Assembly: GCF_002310835.1 (NCBI RefSeq) | Contig: NZ_CP011041.1 | Coordinates: 2,880,001-2,912,000, forward strand | DNA length: 32,000 bases | Source of the DNA: Pseudoalteromonas tetraodonis | Lineage (GTDB): Bacteria > Pseudomonadota > Gammaproteobacteria > Enterobacterales > Alteromonadaceae | Direction: 5' to 3' | In this document: positions 10,541 to 17,613 of the stretch, piece after piece | How the letters are laid out: the number at the start of each line of letters is the position of its first letter | How positions within the stretch are numbered: position 1 is the stretch's first letter | Made by a program: the position numbers and the translations under genes | Notes under the pieces: model-generated | Told to the model about the DNA's origin: nothing | Database searches by the model: none | Seen by the model: the letters and a program-made list of their open reading frames with translations, nothing else

Positions 10541-11272
10541 ATGACTAAGACAGCTACCCTGTACAGAATGGTCACTGACGAACATATCTGCCCCTATGGT
10601 TTAAGGTCGAAAGATTTGCTGGAGAGGCAAGGGTATGATGTAGAAGATCATAAGCTCACGTCAAGACAACAAGCTGATGACTTCAAAGCTAAGCATGATG
10701 TCAAAACTACGCCACAAACCTTTATTGAAGGAAAGCGTGTCGGAGGATACGATGACTTAAGAGAGTATTTTGGTAAAGATGAAGCAGGTCAAACTGGCAC
10801 AACCTACACGCCCGTTGTAGCCATTTTCTCGATAGCTGCACTTCTTGCTGTCGCATCTCAACATTTTGCTTCCGGCTCATTTATCTCCATCAGAACACTG
10901 ATGCTATTTATAGCTTTTTCAATGACGCTCTTAGCGGTGCAAAAACTGAAAGACCTATACAGTTTCACAAATTCGTTTATTACTTATGATTTACTAGCGA
11001 TGAGATGGATAAGATATGGTTATATTTATCCCTTCATTGAAGCATATGCAGGTATTGGTATGGTTGCCCAACTACAGCCTCTCGCAGTGGCACCATTTTC
11101 ATTGTTTATCGGCACAGTTGGAGCAATTTCAGTTTTCAAAGCCGTTTACATCGACAAACGCCAGTTAAAGTGTGCCTGTGTAGGCGGCGATAGCAGTGTG
11201 CCACTTGGATTTGTATCGCTATCTGAAAACTTATTTATGATCGCGGGAGCATTGATTATGCTGCTGATGTAA
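10541..11272 (+). CDS. Glutaredoxin-like domain fused to a MauE/DoxX-like integral membrane domain
   Basis: The N-terminal ~80 aa have a glutaredoxin fold (ICPYG...TTPQTFIEGKRVGGYDDL) with a monothiol CPYG site. The C-terminal part is a multi-TM domain with a MauE-type CACVGG motif. The start lies 1 nt after the preceding stop (taagATG). Confidence 0.7.
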   Translation: MTKTATLYRMVTDEHICPYGLRSKDLLERQGYDVEDHKLTSRQQADDFKAKHDVKTTPQTFIEGKRVGGYDDLREYFGKDEAGQTGTTYTPVVAIFSIAALLAVASQHFASGSFISIRTLMLFIAFSMTLLAVQKLKDLYSFTNSFITYDLLAMRWIRYGYIYPFIEAYAGIGMVAQLQPLAVAPFSLFIGTVGAISVFKAVYIDKRQLKCACVGGDSSVPLGFVSLSENLFMIAGALIMLLM

Positions 11273-11464
11273 AGGTATAGCTCTATTCGGCGGCCCCTTA
11301 ACTGTTAAGATTAGACCTAGGATGCCAGCCCACACCTTTCTAATTCATATGTAACATTTTTTCTGTCGTACTGGCATCAAGATAACCAGAACTGAGCAAA
11401 CAATCTCAAAGGTTGTACAAAATAACACTAAAGTTTTTTCATTAAGTTTTATTGTTATGCTCTT

Positions 11465-11484
11465 GTGGTGGCTTTCGCCACCAC
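11465..11484. terminator. GC-rich stem-loop (gtggtggc-tttc-gccaccac)
   Basis: A perfect 8-bp GC-rich stem carries a tetraloop. It lies 4 nt beyond the stop of the minus-strand lipoprotein gene. A T-tract (tttatt) follows on the plus strand only, so its strand of action is uncertain. Confidence 0.5.
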
Positions 11485-11488
11485 TTTA

Positions 11489-11839
11489 TTAGTTTTCAAG
11501 TTCCACCATATCTTTCGCTGCAATGTCACCAGACACTAGCTTTACAGTTGCGAAATGATCATTCACAATTTTAGTAATTTGTACCGTTCCTACCTTTTCG
11601 ATAGTGTAGGGATCTTCACCTTCACTCAATACTATTCTTTCATGGAATCTAATAACACTGTATTTTTGCCCAACCTCTGCGCCATGCTTAGCACCAATAC
11701 AGATTAGAGTTCGATTATCAGAACTTTCTACTACCTGACCTCTCATCATGTATTTATGATAAAAAGTGGTATTGGAACAACCCACTAAATATAAACCGAA
11801 TGTAAGCAATAAAAGAGCTTTTATATAGGGTGTTTTCAT
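11489..11839 (-). CDS. Hypothetical lipoprotein
   Basis: A lipobox is present (LLLLTFGLYLVG/CSN). GAGG lies 8 nt upstream of ATG 11839; the ORF-track start at 11842 is a GTG one codon earlier. I do not recognise any family. Confidence 0.55.
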   Translation of the reverse strand: MKTPYIKALLLLTFGLYLVGCSNTTFYHKYMMRGQVVESSDNRTLICIGAKHGAEVGQKYSVIRFHERIVLSEGEDPYTIEKVGTVQITKIVNDHFATVKLVSGDIAAKDMVELEN

Positions 11840-11889
11840 CACTGTTACCTCATTTGACTAACTAATTATCTATACACTTTTTTATGAAT

Positions 11890-12261
11890 TCATTTGTTTT
11901 TCCGGCCAGCCCCCGAAGGTGCTTGATGACAACTCCAAGGCTTATGAACAGAGTTATCTTTGATGTTCTGATCAACAAATTTATAGTAACTTTCTTTAGT
12001 ATGTGTCCACCAATCATCATGAACATCTGCGCCATACTTACGGATTACCTCCTCAATCCCATCAAGGCTTACGTTTGCGGCATCATAGGCAAGGTGTATT
12101 TCACCTTCTTTGATGTTGTAACTAACTTCATCTATACCAAAAAGCTGATCTATTTCTTTTACTAACTCGTCACAGCTTTCTTCTGTGACATTGCTAAGCT
12201 TTAGGTTTCGAACAACTAAATTTTGCTCTTTAACGCCAACTCTATGATTTAAATCGCTCAT
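11890..12261 (-). CDS. Small cytoplasmic protein with an HMA-like (ferredoxin-fold) N-terminal half that lacks the CxxC site
   Basis: The pattern VVRNLKLSNVTEESCDELVKEIDQLFGIDEVSYNIKEGEIHLAYDAANVSLDGIEEVIRKYG resembles a beta-alpha-beta-beta-alpha-beta HMA fold without CxxC. The C-terminal part (HDDWWTHTKESYYKF...PWSCHQAP) is unrecognised. GGAG lies upstream, and the gene starts 10 nt after the preceding stop. Confidence 0.45.
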   Translation of the reverse strand: MSDLNHRVGVKEQNLVVRNLKLSNVTEESCDELVKEIDQLFGIDEVSYNIKEGEIHLAYDAANVSLDGIEEVIRKYGADVHDDWWTHTKESYYKFVDQNIKDNSVHKPWSCHQAPSGAGRKNK

Positions 12262-12271
12262 AATTTTTCTC

Positions 12272-12694
12272 CTAATGTTTGTGTGAATGCTGTTGATTGC
12301 TATCTTTCATTTCTTCCATTTTACGGTTCATCTGCGGCATCATGTTCCCCATCATTTCTAAATGATGTTCAGCCATCTTGATTTGTTGATGCATTGGCAT
12401 TTCTTCCATGTTTTTGTGCATGGATTGCATCATCTTCATCATTGAACGGTGATGTTCAACCATCATCTGCTGTTGCTTTTCAGGATCTTTTTCAGTTTTA
12501 ATGGCATGGACTTCCTTTTTCATTTCCATCATCTTTTTGTGCATTTCTCCCATGTTCTCATGTGGTATTGCCATGCCTTGATGCATATCAGCTTTGTTCG
12601 CACCTTCATGCTTATGCTCATTGTTTTGGGCAAATGAGCTAGTGGTTATAAGTAGTGAACTAATAAATAAAATTGATTTAGTTAACGTTTTCAT
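12272..12694 (-). CDS. Secreted Met/His-rich protein (putative periplasmic Cu(I)/Ag(I) binder)
   Basis: A signal peptide is present (…TTSSFA/QNNEHKHEG). The mature part is dominated by MxxM, HxxM and MM motifs (MHKKMMEMKKE, HHRSMMKMMQSMHKNMEEMPMHQQ, HHLEMMGNMMPQM). The start overlaps the upstream ICMT gene by 17 nt. Confidence 0.6.
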   Translation of the reverse strand: MKTLTKSILFISSLLITTSSFAQNNEHKHEGANKADMHQGMAIPHENMGEMHKKMMEMKKEVHAIKTEKDPEKQQQMMVEHHRSMMKMMQSMHKNMEEMPMHQQIKMAEHHLEMMGNMMPQMNRKMEEMKDSNQQHSHKH

Positions 12695-13343
12695 GATTTT
12701 TACCTTCTACACTTTTATTAAAATTTGGGATCCAACTTGGTGTCGATTCCATATACCTGTGGTACTCCGAACCAAACTCAGCAATCGCTTGTGCTTCTTC
12801 GCGTTTCGCTAGCTTGACGTAAACAACGACTAAGATCGGAAACATCGCAAGTGTTGGGATTGTCGGCCACTGCAATAAAAAGCCGAACATGATTAGAATG
12901 AAAGCTACATACTGTGGGTGGCGACACCTTGCATACCATCCAGTTGTAGCCAATTGATGATGTTTTTGCGCGTGATGCAATACATTCCATGCTGAAGACA
13001 ACATAAAGAAACCTGCAACAATTAACACCATACTCACTATATGAAATGGGTCCCAATGGGCATCACCTTGAAATCCAAAGAAAGTATGTAATAAATGCCC
13101 ATTTTCATGCGCAAAGAAATTTACTTCTGGATAGGTCTCCGTCAGCCACCCCGACAGAAAATAGATAGTTAAAGGAAAGCCATACATTTCAGTAAATAGG
13201 GCAACAATAAAGGCAGAGAACGCGCTTAGACTTCTCCAATCAGTTGATGTTTTTGGTTTGACAAAACTAAAGGCAAAAAAGATAAAAATTGCTGAGTTCA
13301 GTATCACCATTGACCATAAGTCATAATCATATGTTTCATTCAT
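12678..13343 (-). CDS. Isoprenylcysteine carboxyl methyltransferase (ICMT/PEMT-like) family integral membrane methyltransferase
   Basis: The protein is multi-TM and carries the family signature GWYARCRHPQYVAFILIMFGFLLQWPT...REE...EFGSEYHRY. The likely start is ATG 13343 (ATGAATGA overlap with the DUF2933 stop). The ORF track begins one codon earlier at a GTG. Confidence 0.8.
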   Translation of the reverse strand: MNETYDYDLWSMVILNSAIFIFFAFSFVKPKTSTDWRSLSAFSAFIVALFTEMYGFPLTIYFLSGWLTETYPEVNFFAHENGHLLHTFFGFQGDAHWDPFHIVSMVLIVAGFFMLSSAWNVLHHAQKHHQLATTGWYARCRHPQYVAFILIMFGFLLQWPTIPTLAMFPILVVVYVKLAKREEAQAIAEFGSEYHRYMESTPSWIPNFNKSVEGKNHENVN

Positions 13344-13671
13344 CACTGCTCTCCTTTTTATGTGATTCCTTACGTGCCTTTTCTAACCCTTGTATGTAGC
13401 CATCGCGATAGGCTGCATTTTTATCCGTGAGTTCTTGAAAGCTCTCTTCCTTTTTTTCATCAGGCGCATGTGAATGATCGTGACCATGTTTACCATGACT
13501 GCCATGCATAAATACGTGCATCAAGGGGCATAGCAATAAAATCAAGTAGGGAAGAAATTGCAGCATATGTTGACCATGCTCAAGCACTAAGAAGTAGGTC
13601 ACTGCGGCAATAAGTGCCAGTGCAGCCCAGCCTGTAGGTGTTGACCAAAAATTAGGGTGTTGATTTTTCAT
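13336..13671 (-). CDS. DUF2933-family small membrane protein with a His-rich segment
   Basis: Two TM helices are followed by LLLCPLMHVFMHGSHGKHGHDHSH, which is the pattern I associate with DUF2933. A charged C-terminal tail follows. Confidence 0.65.
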   Translation of the reverse strand: MKNQHPNFWSTPTGWAALALIAAVTYFLVLEHGQHMLQFLPYLILLLCPLMHVFMHGSHGKHGHDHSHAPDEKKEESFQELTDKNAAYRDGYIQGLEKARKESHKKESSDE

Positions 13672-13680
13672 ATTGCCCTC

Positions 13681-14034
13681 CTAAACGACTTTTAAGACAC
13701 CGCGATACATTTGCATCTGACAGTGAAACTCATGCTCTCCCGGTGATAAGTTCAATAGGGTAATTTGAGTAATTTCATTTAATTTAAGCTGTTCGCTTAT
13801 ATCCAATGAAGGAATAAGCATTGTTTCAGCGCAGGGGGATTGATCTTTGCGCATAAACTTCAGAGTGACAGGTTGGCTAGCAGACACCTGAATTGAGGAT
13901 GGGGAATACACACCATCCCTCACTTCAATGAGTACTTCATTACCTTGAACGATTGTTTTATTGGGTTTATATAGCCAAAACCACCAAACAATCAGCGCGA
14001 TTAACATTAAGCCTAATAAGTTAATAACCATCAT
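13681..14034 (-). CDS. Membrane-anchored cupredoxin-like domain protein
   Basis: An N-terminal TM anchor (LLGLMLIALIVWWFWLY) is followed by a ~90-aa beta-rich domain ending in PGEHEFHCQMQMYRGVLKVV. This is the H...C..M..M pattern of small cupredoxin-like proteins found next to copper ATPases. Confidence 0.7.
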   Translation of the reverse strand: MMVINLLGLMLIALIVWWFWLYKPNKTIVQGNEVLIEVRDGVYSPSSIQVSASQPVTLKFMRKDQSPCAETMLIPSLDISEQLKLNEITQITLLNLSPGEHEFHCQMQMYRGVLKVV

Positions 14035-14045
14035 TGTGATTCTCC

Positions 14046-16379
14046 TTAATGCTCTTTTGCTTTAAAAAAGCGAAGTCGATTTGCATTTGACACTACAGTC
14101 AATGACGAAAACGCCATTGCAGCACCTGCAATTACAGGGCTAAGCAGAATGCCAAAGAAGGGATATAGAACCCCCGCAGCAAAAGGAATCCCGGCTACGT
14201 TATAGACAAACGCGCCAAACAAGTTTTGTTTGATATTTCGTAAAGTAGCTTTGCTTACCGCTATGGCATCAGCAAGGCCATGAAGTGAACCACGCATTAG
14301 GGTAATGTCAGCACTTTCGATAGCTACATCAGTCCCTGTGCCTATGGCGAAGCCAACATCGGCTAACGCTAGCGCAGGAGCATCGTTGATGCCATCTCCT
14401 GTCATACCAACAATTTCGCCGCCTTCTTGTAGCTCTTTCACCTTGTTGGCTTTATCTTCTGGCAGCACTTCAGCAAGAAACTCACTAATACCCACTTTTT
14501 TAGCTACGGCGGCAGCGGTTTCCTTGTTATCACCCGTTAACATGATGACGCGTATACCATTAGCCTGAAGCCGTTTGATAGCAGAGATTGAGTCTGACTT
14601 GATAGGATCTGCAACAGCAATGATTGCTGCAAGTTCACCATCTACAGCAAAGTACATAGGTGTTTTGGCTTCTTTGGCTAAAGACTGTGCTTGTTCAACA
14701 AAGCCTGTGAGGTCTATGCCTTTTAACTTCATTAGTTTATCGTTTCCGAAAAGCAGGGCTTTGTTGTTGCAGCTTGCTTCTACACCAAAACCCGTAATGG
14801 CGTTAAAGGCTTCAATTTTTAGTAACTCAATATCCTGATCTAACGCACTTTCAACAATCGCTTGCGCTAAAGGATGCTCTGAGCCGCTTTCTAAACTTGC
14901 TGCAAGCTGTAGTACGTCTTTTTCGTCAGTAGCTTTTGCTAAAATAATATCGGTTACCTTAGGTGCCCCTTCAGTAATAGTGCCCGTTTTATCTAAAATC
15001 ATGGCAGTGATTTTAGAGGCGGTTTGCAGTGCCTCACCGTTGCGAATAAGCACTCCGGCTTCTGCTGCTTTTCCTACTCCCACCATGACAGACATGGGTG
15101 TTGCCAAGCCTAAAGCACACGGGCAGGCAATAATAAGCACAGTAGTTGCTGAAACGATGGCAAAAGCAATGGCTGGCTCAGGTCCAAAGTTAAGCCATGC
15201 TAGCGCACTTAACACAGAGGTGATCATCACGACAGGTACGAAAAAAGCTGAAATAACATCGGCCAAACGGCCAATCGGCGGTTTCGAATTTTGTGCTCGT
15301 TTCACCATATTGATGATCTGTGCAAGCGCCGTGTCTTTACCAACGCGTGTGGCTCTAAATAAAATCATGCCTGATTTGTTCAAAGTACCTGCGACAACCT
15401 CATCTTCTTCAGCTTTTTCAGCAGGCATAGGTTCGCCTGTCAGCATGGACTCATCAATAGAGGTGTGTCCTTCCAATACCACGCCATCGACGGGAATTTT
15501 TTCACCCGGTTTTACCTTCACAATATCGTTAAATAAAACCTGCTCAATACCTATCTGAACTTCTTTGTTGTCACGAACCACGGTTGCTGTTTTGGCTTGC
15601 AAGCCGATAAGACGTTTAATGGCCTCAGAGGTTTTACCTCTGGCTTTGATTTCTAATGCTAAACCTAAATCAATTAAGCCAATGATCATGGCGGTAGCTT
15701 CAAAATAAACATGCCGTGCCATCAATGGAACAGCGTCAGGTGCAAACACGACAACCATCGAATACAACCAAGCCGTGCCTGTTCCTAAAGCAATTAGGGT
15801 GTCCATATTGGCTGAATGATTTTTGAAGCTCTTCCATGCTCCTACATAGAAATGCTTGCCTGAAAAATACATAACACCAAAAGTTAAAATGCCTACAACC
15901 AACCAAGAAATTCGTTCAAGGTTTGTTTCAACCGTCATTTCTCCAACTACAATGCTGTAGATCATCAAAGGAACGCCGAGTGAAAGGGCAATAAACGTAT
16001 CGCGCATTAGCTTTTTGTAATATGCAAAATCCGCAGCCTCTTTCTCATCAAGCGCATCTGTTGCTGAGCTATCATCAATTGGCTTCGCGTTATACCCCAC
16101 TGACTCAACAGCTTTGATCAACTCTTTTGTTTTAGCTGTCCCATAAACTGTTACTGTCCTATCAGCAAAATTCATTTCCGCACTGACGACTCCAAGAGTT
16201 GCCTTCAACGCCCCTTCAATTTTGCCTACACAGCTAGCACACCCAGCACCTTCAATGATAAGCTGTTGGTTATGTGATACTTTCTCCAACGTATTCTCCT
16301 TACTTTTACACGAAGAGGATTGAGCTTTTGCCTGACAGCAACAGCCTGATTCAGTTTTTATATTTGTGTTAGTAGCCAC
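14046..16379 (-). CDS. copA: Cu(I)/Ag(I)-translocating P1B-1-type ATPase
   Basis: One HMA domain (GAGCASCVGKIE) is present, together with TM6 CPC (ACPCALGLATP), DKTGT and GDGINDAP. TM7 has N-x6-YN-x4-P (NLFGAFVYNVAGIP) and TM8 has M-x2-SS-x5-N (MAFSSLTVVSN), which together diagnose the Cu(I) subclass. The start is GTG 16379, with AGGAGG 7 nt upstream. Confidence 0.93.
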   Translation of the reverse strand: MATNTNIKTESGCCCQAKAQSSSCKSKENTLEKVSHNQQLIIEGAGCASCVGKIEGALKATLGVVSAEMNFADRTVTVYGTAKTKELIKAVESVGYNAKPIDDSSATDALDEKEAADFAYYKKLMRDTFIALSLGVPLMIYSIVVGEMTVETNLERISWLVVGILTFGVMYFSGKHFYVGAWKSFKNHSANMDTLIALGTGTAWLYSMVVVFAPDAVPLMARHVYFEATAMIIGLIDLGLALEIKARGKTSEAIKRLIGLQAKTATVVRDNKEVQIGIEQVLFNDIVKVKPGEKIPVDGVVLEGHTSIDESMLTGEPMPAEKAEEDEVVAGTLNKSGMILFRATRVGKDTALAQIINMVKRAQNSKPPIGRLADVISAFFVPVVMITSVLSALAWLNFGPEPAIAFAIVSATTVLIIACPCALGLATPMSVMVGVGKAAEAGVLIRNGEALQTASKITAMILDKTGTITEGAPKVTDIILAKATDEKDVLQLAASLESGSEHPLAQAIVESALDQDIELLKIEAFNAITGFGVEASCNNKALLFGNDKLMKLKGIDLTGFVEQAQSLAKEAKTPMYFAVDGELAAIIAVADPIKSDSISAIKRLQANGIRVIMLTGDNKETAAAVAKKVGISEFLAEVLPEDKANKVKELQEGGEIVGMTGDGINDAPALALADVGFAIGTGTDVAIESADITLMRGSLHGLADAIAVSKATLRNIKQNLFGAFVYNVAGIPFAAGVLYPFFGILLSPVIAGAAMAFSSLTVVSNANRLRFFKAKEH

Positions 16380-16390
16380 CCTTTTTCCTC

Positions 16391-16804
16391 CTATGCTTTT
16401 TTAATTTGCTCAAAGTTTTCGATGAGATGACAAACCATGTTTGCAGTCGGTGCTTTGTCTTCCATTTCTTCCCATCGAGAAAGCGCAGAAGACATTTTTC
16501 CTCGAAGTGCCAACATTGCTTGAAACTGCTTTTCTGTTTCTTCAAGCCGCTCTTTGATCAGGCTTCTGACTAATGGGCACGCACTTTTACCATCTTCAGA
16601 TTCATTAATAATTTCCTTGATATCTGCAACGGAAAAACCAAGGTTTCTGGCACTTAAAATGAATTTAAGTCTCGATACTTCTTTATTCGAGTATGACTTG
16701 TAGCCGTTCACTGACTTAGCAGGTTTTAACAATCCTAATCTGGTGTAATAGCGCACCGTATCAGCAGTCGTTCCAAGGCTTTTTGCCAGCTCCGCAACTT
16801 TCAT
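16391..16804 (-). CDS. MerR-family metal-responsive transcriptional regulator (atypical ligand pattern)
   Basis: The HTH is MKVAELAKSLGTTADTVRYYTRLGLL. A Cys occurs in GKSACPLVRSLI and a Cys-His pair in TANMVCHLIE, instead of a CueR-type C-x7-C loop. The start is set at ATG 16804 (GAGGAG upstream); the ORF track starts two codons earlier at a GTG. Confidence 0.8.
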   Translation of the reverse strand: MKVAELAKSLGTTADTVRYYTRLGLLKPAKSVNGYKSYSNKEVSRLKFILSARNLGFSVADIKEIINESEDGKSACPLVRSLIKERLEETEKQFQAMLALRGKMSSALSRWEEMEDKAPTANMVCHLIENFEQIKKA

Positions 16805-16847
16805 ATTCACTCCTCAGTTTTTTAGCTAAGTTTGTACTCTCATCTTC

Positions 16848-16878
16848 AGCTTAGACCTGTGTCTAAGACACAGGTCAA
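16848..16878 (-). promoter_or_regulatory. MerR-type promoter with a 19-bp spacer and a perfect 10-3-10 dyad
   Basis: The minus strand reads TTGACC (16878-16873), then tgtgtcttagacacaggtc (19 nt), then TAAGCT (16853-16848). The dyad gacctgtgtc-taa-gacacaggtc spans 16854-16876. The promoter lies ~45 nt upstream of the MerR start. Confidence 0.7.
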
Positions 16879-17103
16879 GTACTAATTCTAGTGAATAAGC
16901 TAAAAACTAATTTTTTGGTAAAAGAGAAATCTCGGTCAAAATCGACAGCATTAAGTACTGTAAATAGCAATAGTTTGAGCATGTTCATCATGCCTCCAAA
17001 AAATATTGTGCTAATTGTTCAAAACGGTTGGTAATTTAAACCAATCAGTAAATCGTTTTATTTTTGATGGGACTGGCGAAAAAAAGGCGCACTGATCCCG
17101 TGA

Positions 17104-17526
17104 TTAGCCAATAATTGGTGGACGATAAAGTAAGAGATGGATACCAGATTTTGGTAGGGGTATACGCTGTAGAATTAGCTCAGAATGAATATTGCAAATA
17201 CCTTCCTCTTGCGCTTGCACAAGATAGGCATTTAAATGAAAGCTTGTACAAAAACCGCCTTCACAACAAACACAATCACCAGCTTTACATTTTTCACAGT
17301 CTTCATCACCATGACGGTTTTTAGAATCTTGCGAATTTTCAGTGTGATAGTGACTATTGTCATTCATTGATTGATGATGCATATTTTTGCTTGGTTGTAT
17401 AATATGCGTGTCGGAAGATCCATTTTGATGTTCTTCACAATTCATTGGTTTAGCAATAGCAAAGCCATGCTGCGTAAGCAACAGAGTAATTACCACTATT
17501 TTAAACCACTTGAAAAGTCCAAACAT
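17104..17526 (-). CDS. CzcI-like paralog: secreted or anchored His-rich, Cys-cluster protein
   Basis: The 140-aa protein has a signal or anchor (IVVITLLLTQHGFA) and a His-rich stretch (NMHHQSMNDNSHYHTEN...RHGDED). Its Cys cluster is CEKCKAGDCVCCEGGFCTSFHLNAYL, and its C-terminal tail is LLYRPPIIG. The Cys cluster, H-L and RPP tail are the same layout as the ORF at 694-1065. Confidence 0.5.
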   Translation of the reverse strand: MFGLFKWFKIVVITLLLTQHGFAIAKPMNCEEHQNGSSDTHIIQPSKNMHHQSMNDNSHYHTENSQDSKNRHGDEDCEKCKAGDCVCCEGGFCTSFHLNAYLVQAQEEGICNIHSELILQRIPLPKSGIHLLLYRPPIIG

Positions 17527-17613
17527 TTTAATTCCTTATTTATCACCTACAATATTAGCCACTTTATAAAAATAATTTTATGATCTTGATCAACCTTTGA
17601 ACTAAAACCTAAA

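Noticed and set aside
11273-11460. Intergenic region with a GC-rich patch (cggcggcccc) and a small hairpin (cttaac-tg-ttaag), inspected for a riboswitch, sRNA or IS end
   Set aside because: No convincing extended secondary structure, promoter-terminator pair or repeat partner was found by eye.
11884-13056. ORFs 11884-12165(+), 12449-12637(+), 12594-12812(+) and 12778-13056(-)
   Set aside because: Each lies antisense to, or out of frame within, better-supported genes (the HMA-like, Met-rich and ICMT genes). Their compositions are mirror images of the Met/His-rich coding strand.
14305-15558. Plus-strand ORFs antisense to the P-type ATPase (14305-14568, 14575-14838, 14980-15558)
   Set aside because: These are Ala/Ser/Pro-rich shadow frames of the ATPase coding strand. 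No independent signals support them.
16875-16991. 38-codon minus-strand ORF (MMNMLKLLLFTVLNAVDFDRDF...) preceded by GGAGG, whose stop overlaps the -35 of the MerR promoter
   Set aside because: The spacing from the RBS to the first ATG is too short. There is no homology signal I can recognise, and the ORF is very short. It could be a leader or small membrane peptide, but the sequence alone does not support it.
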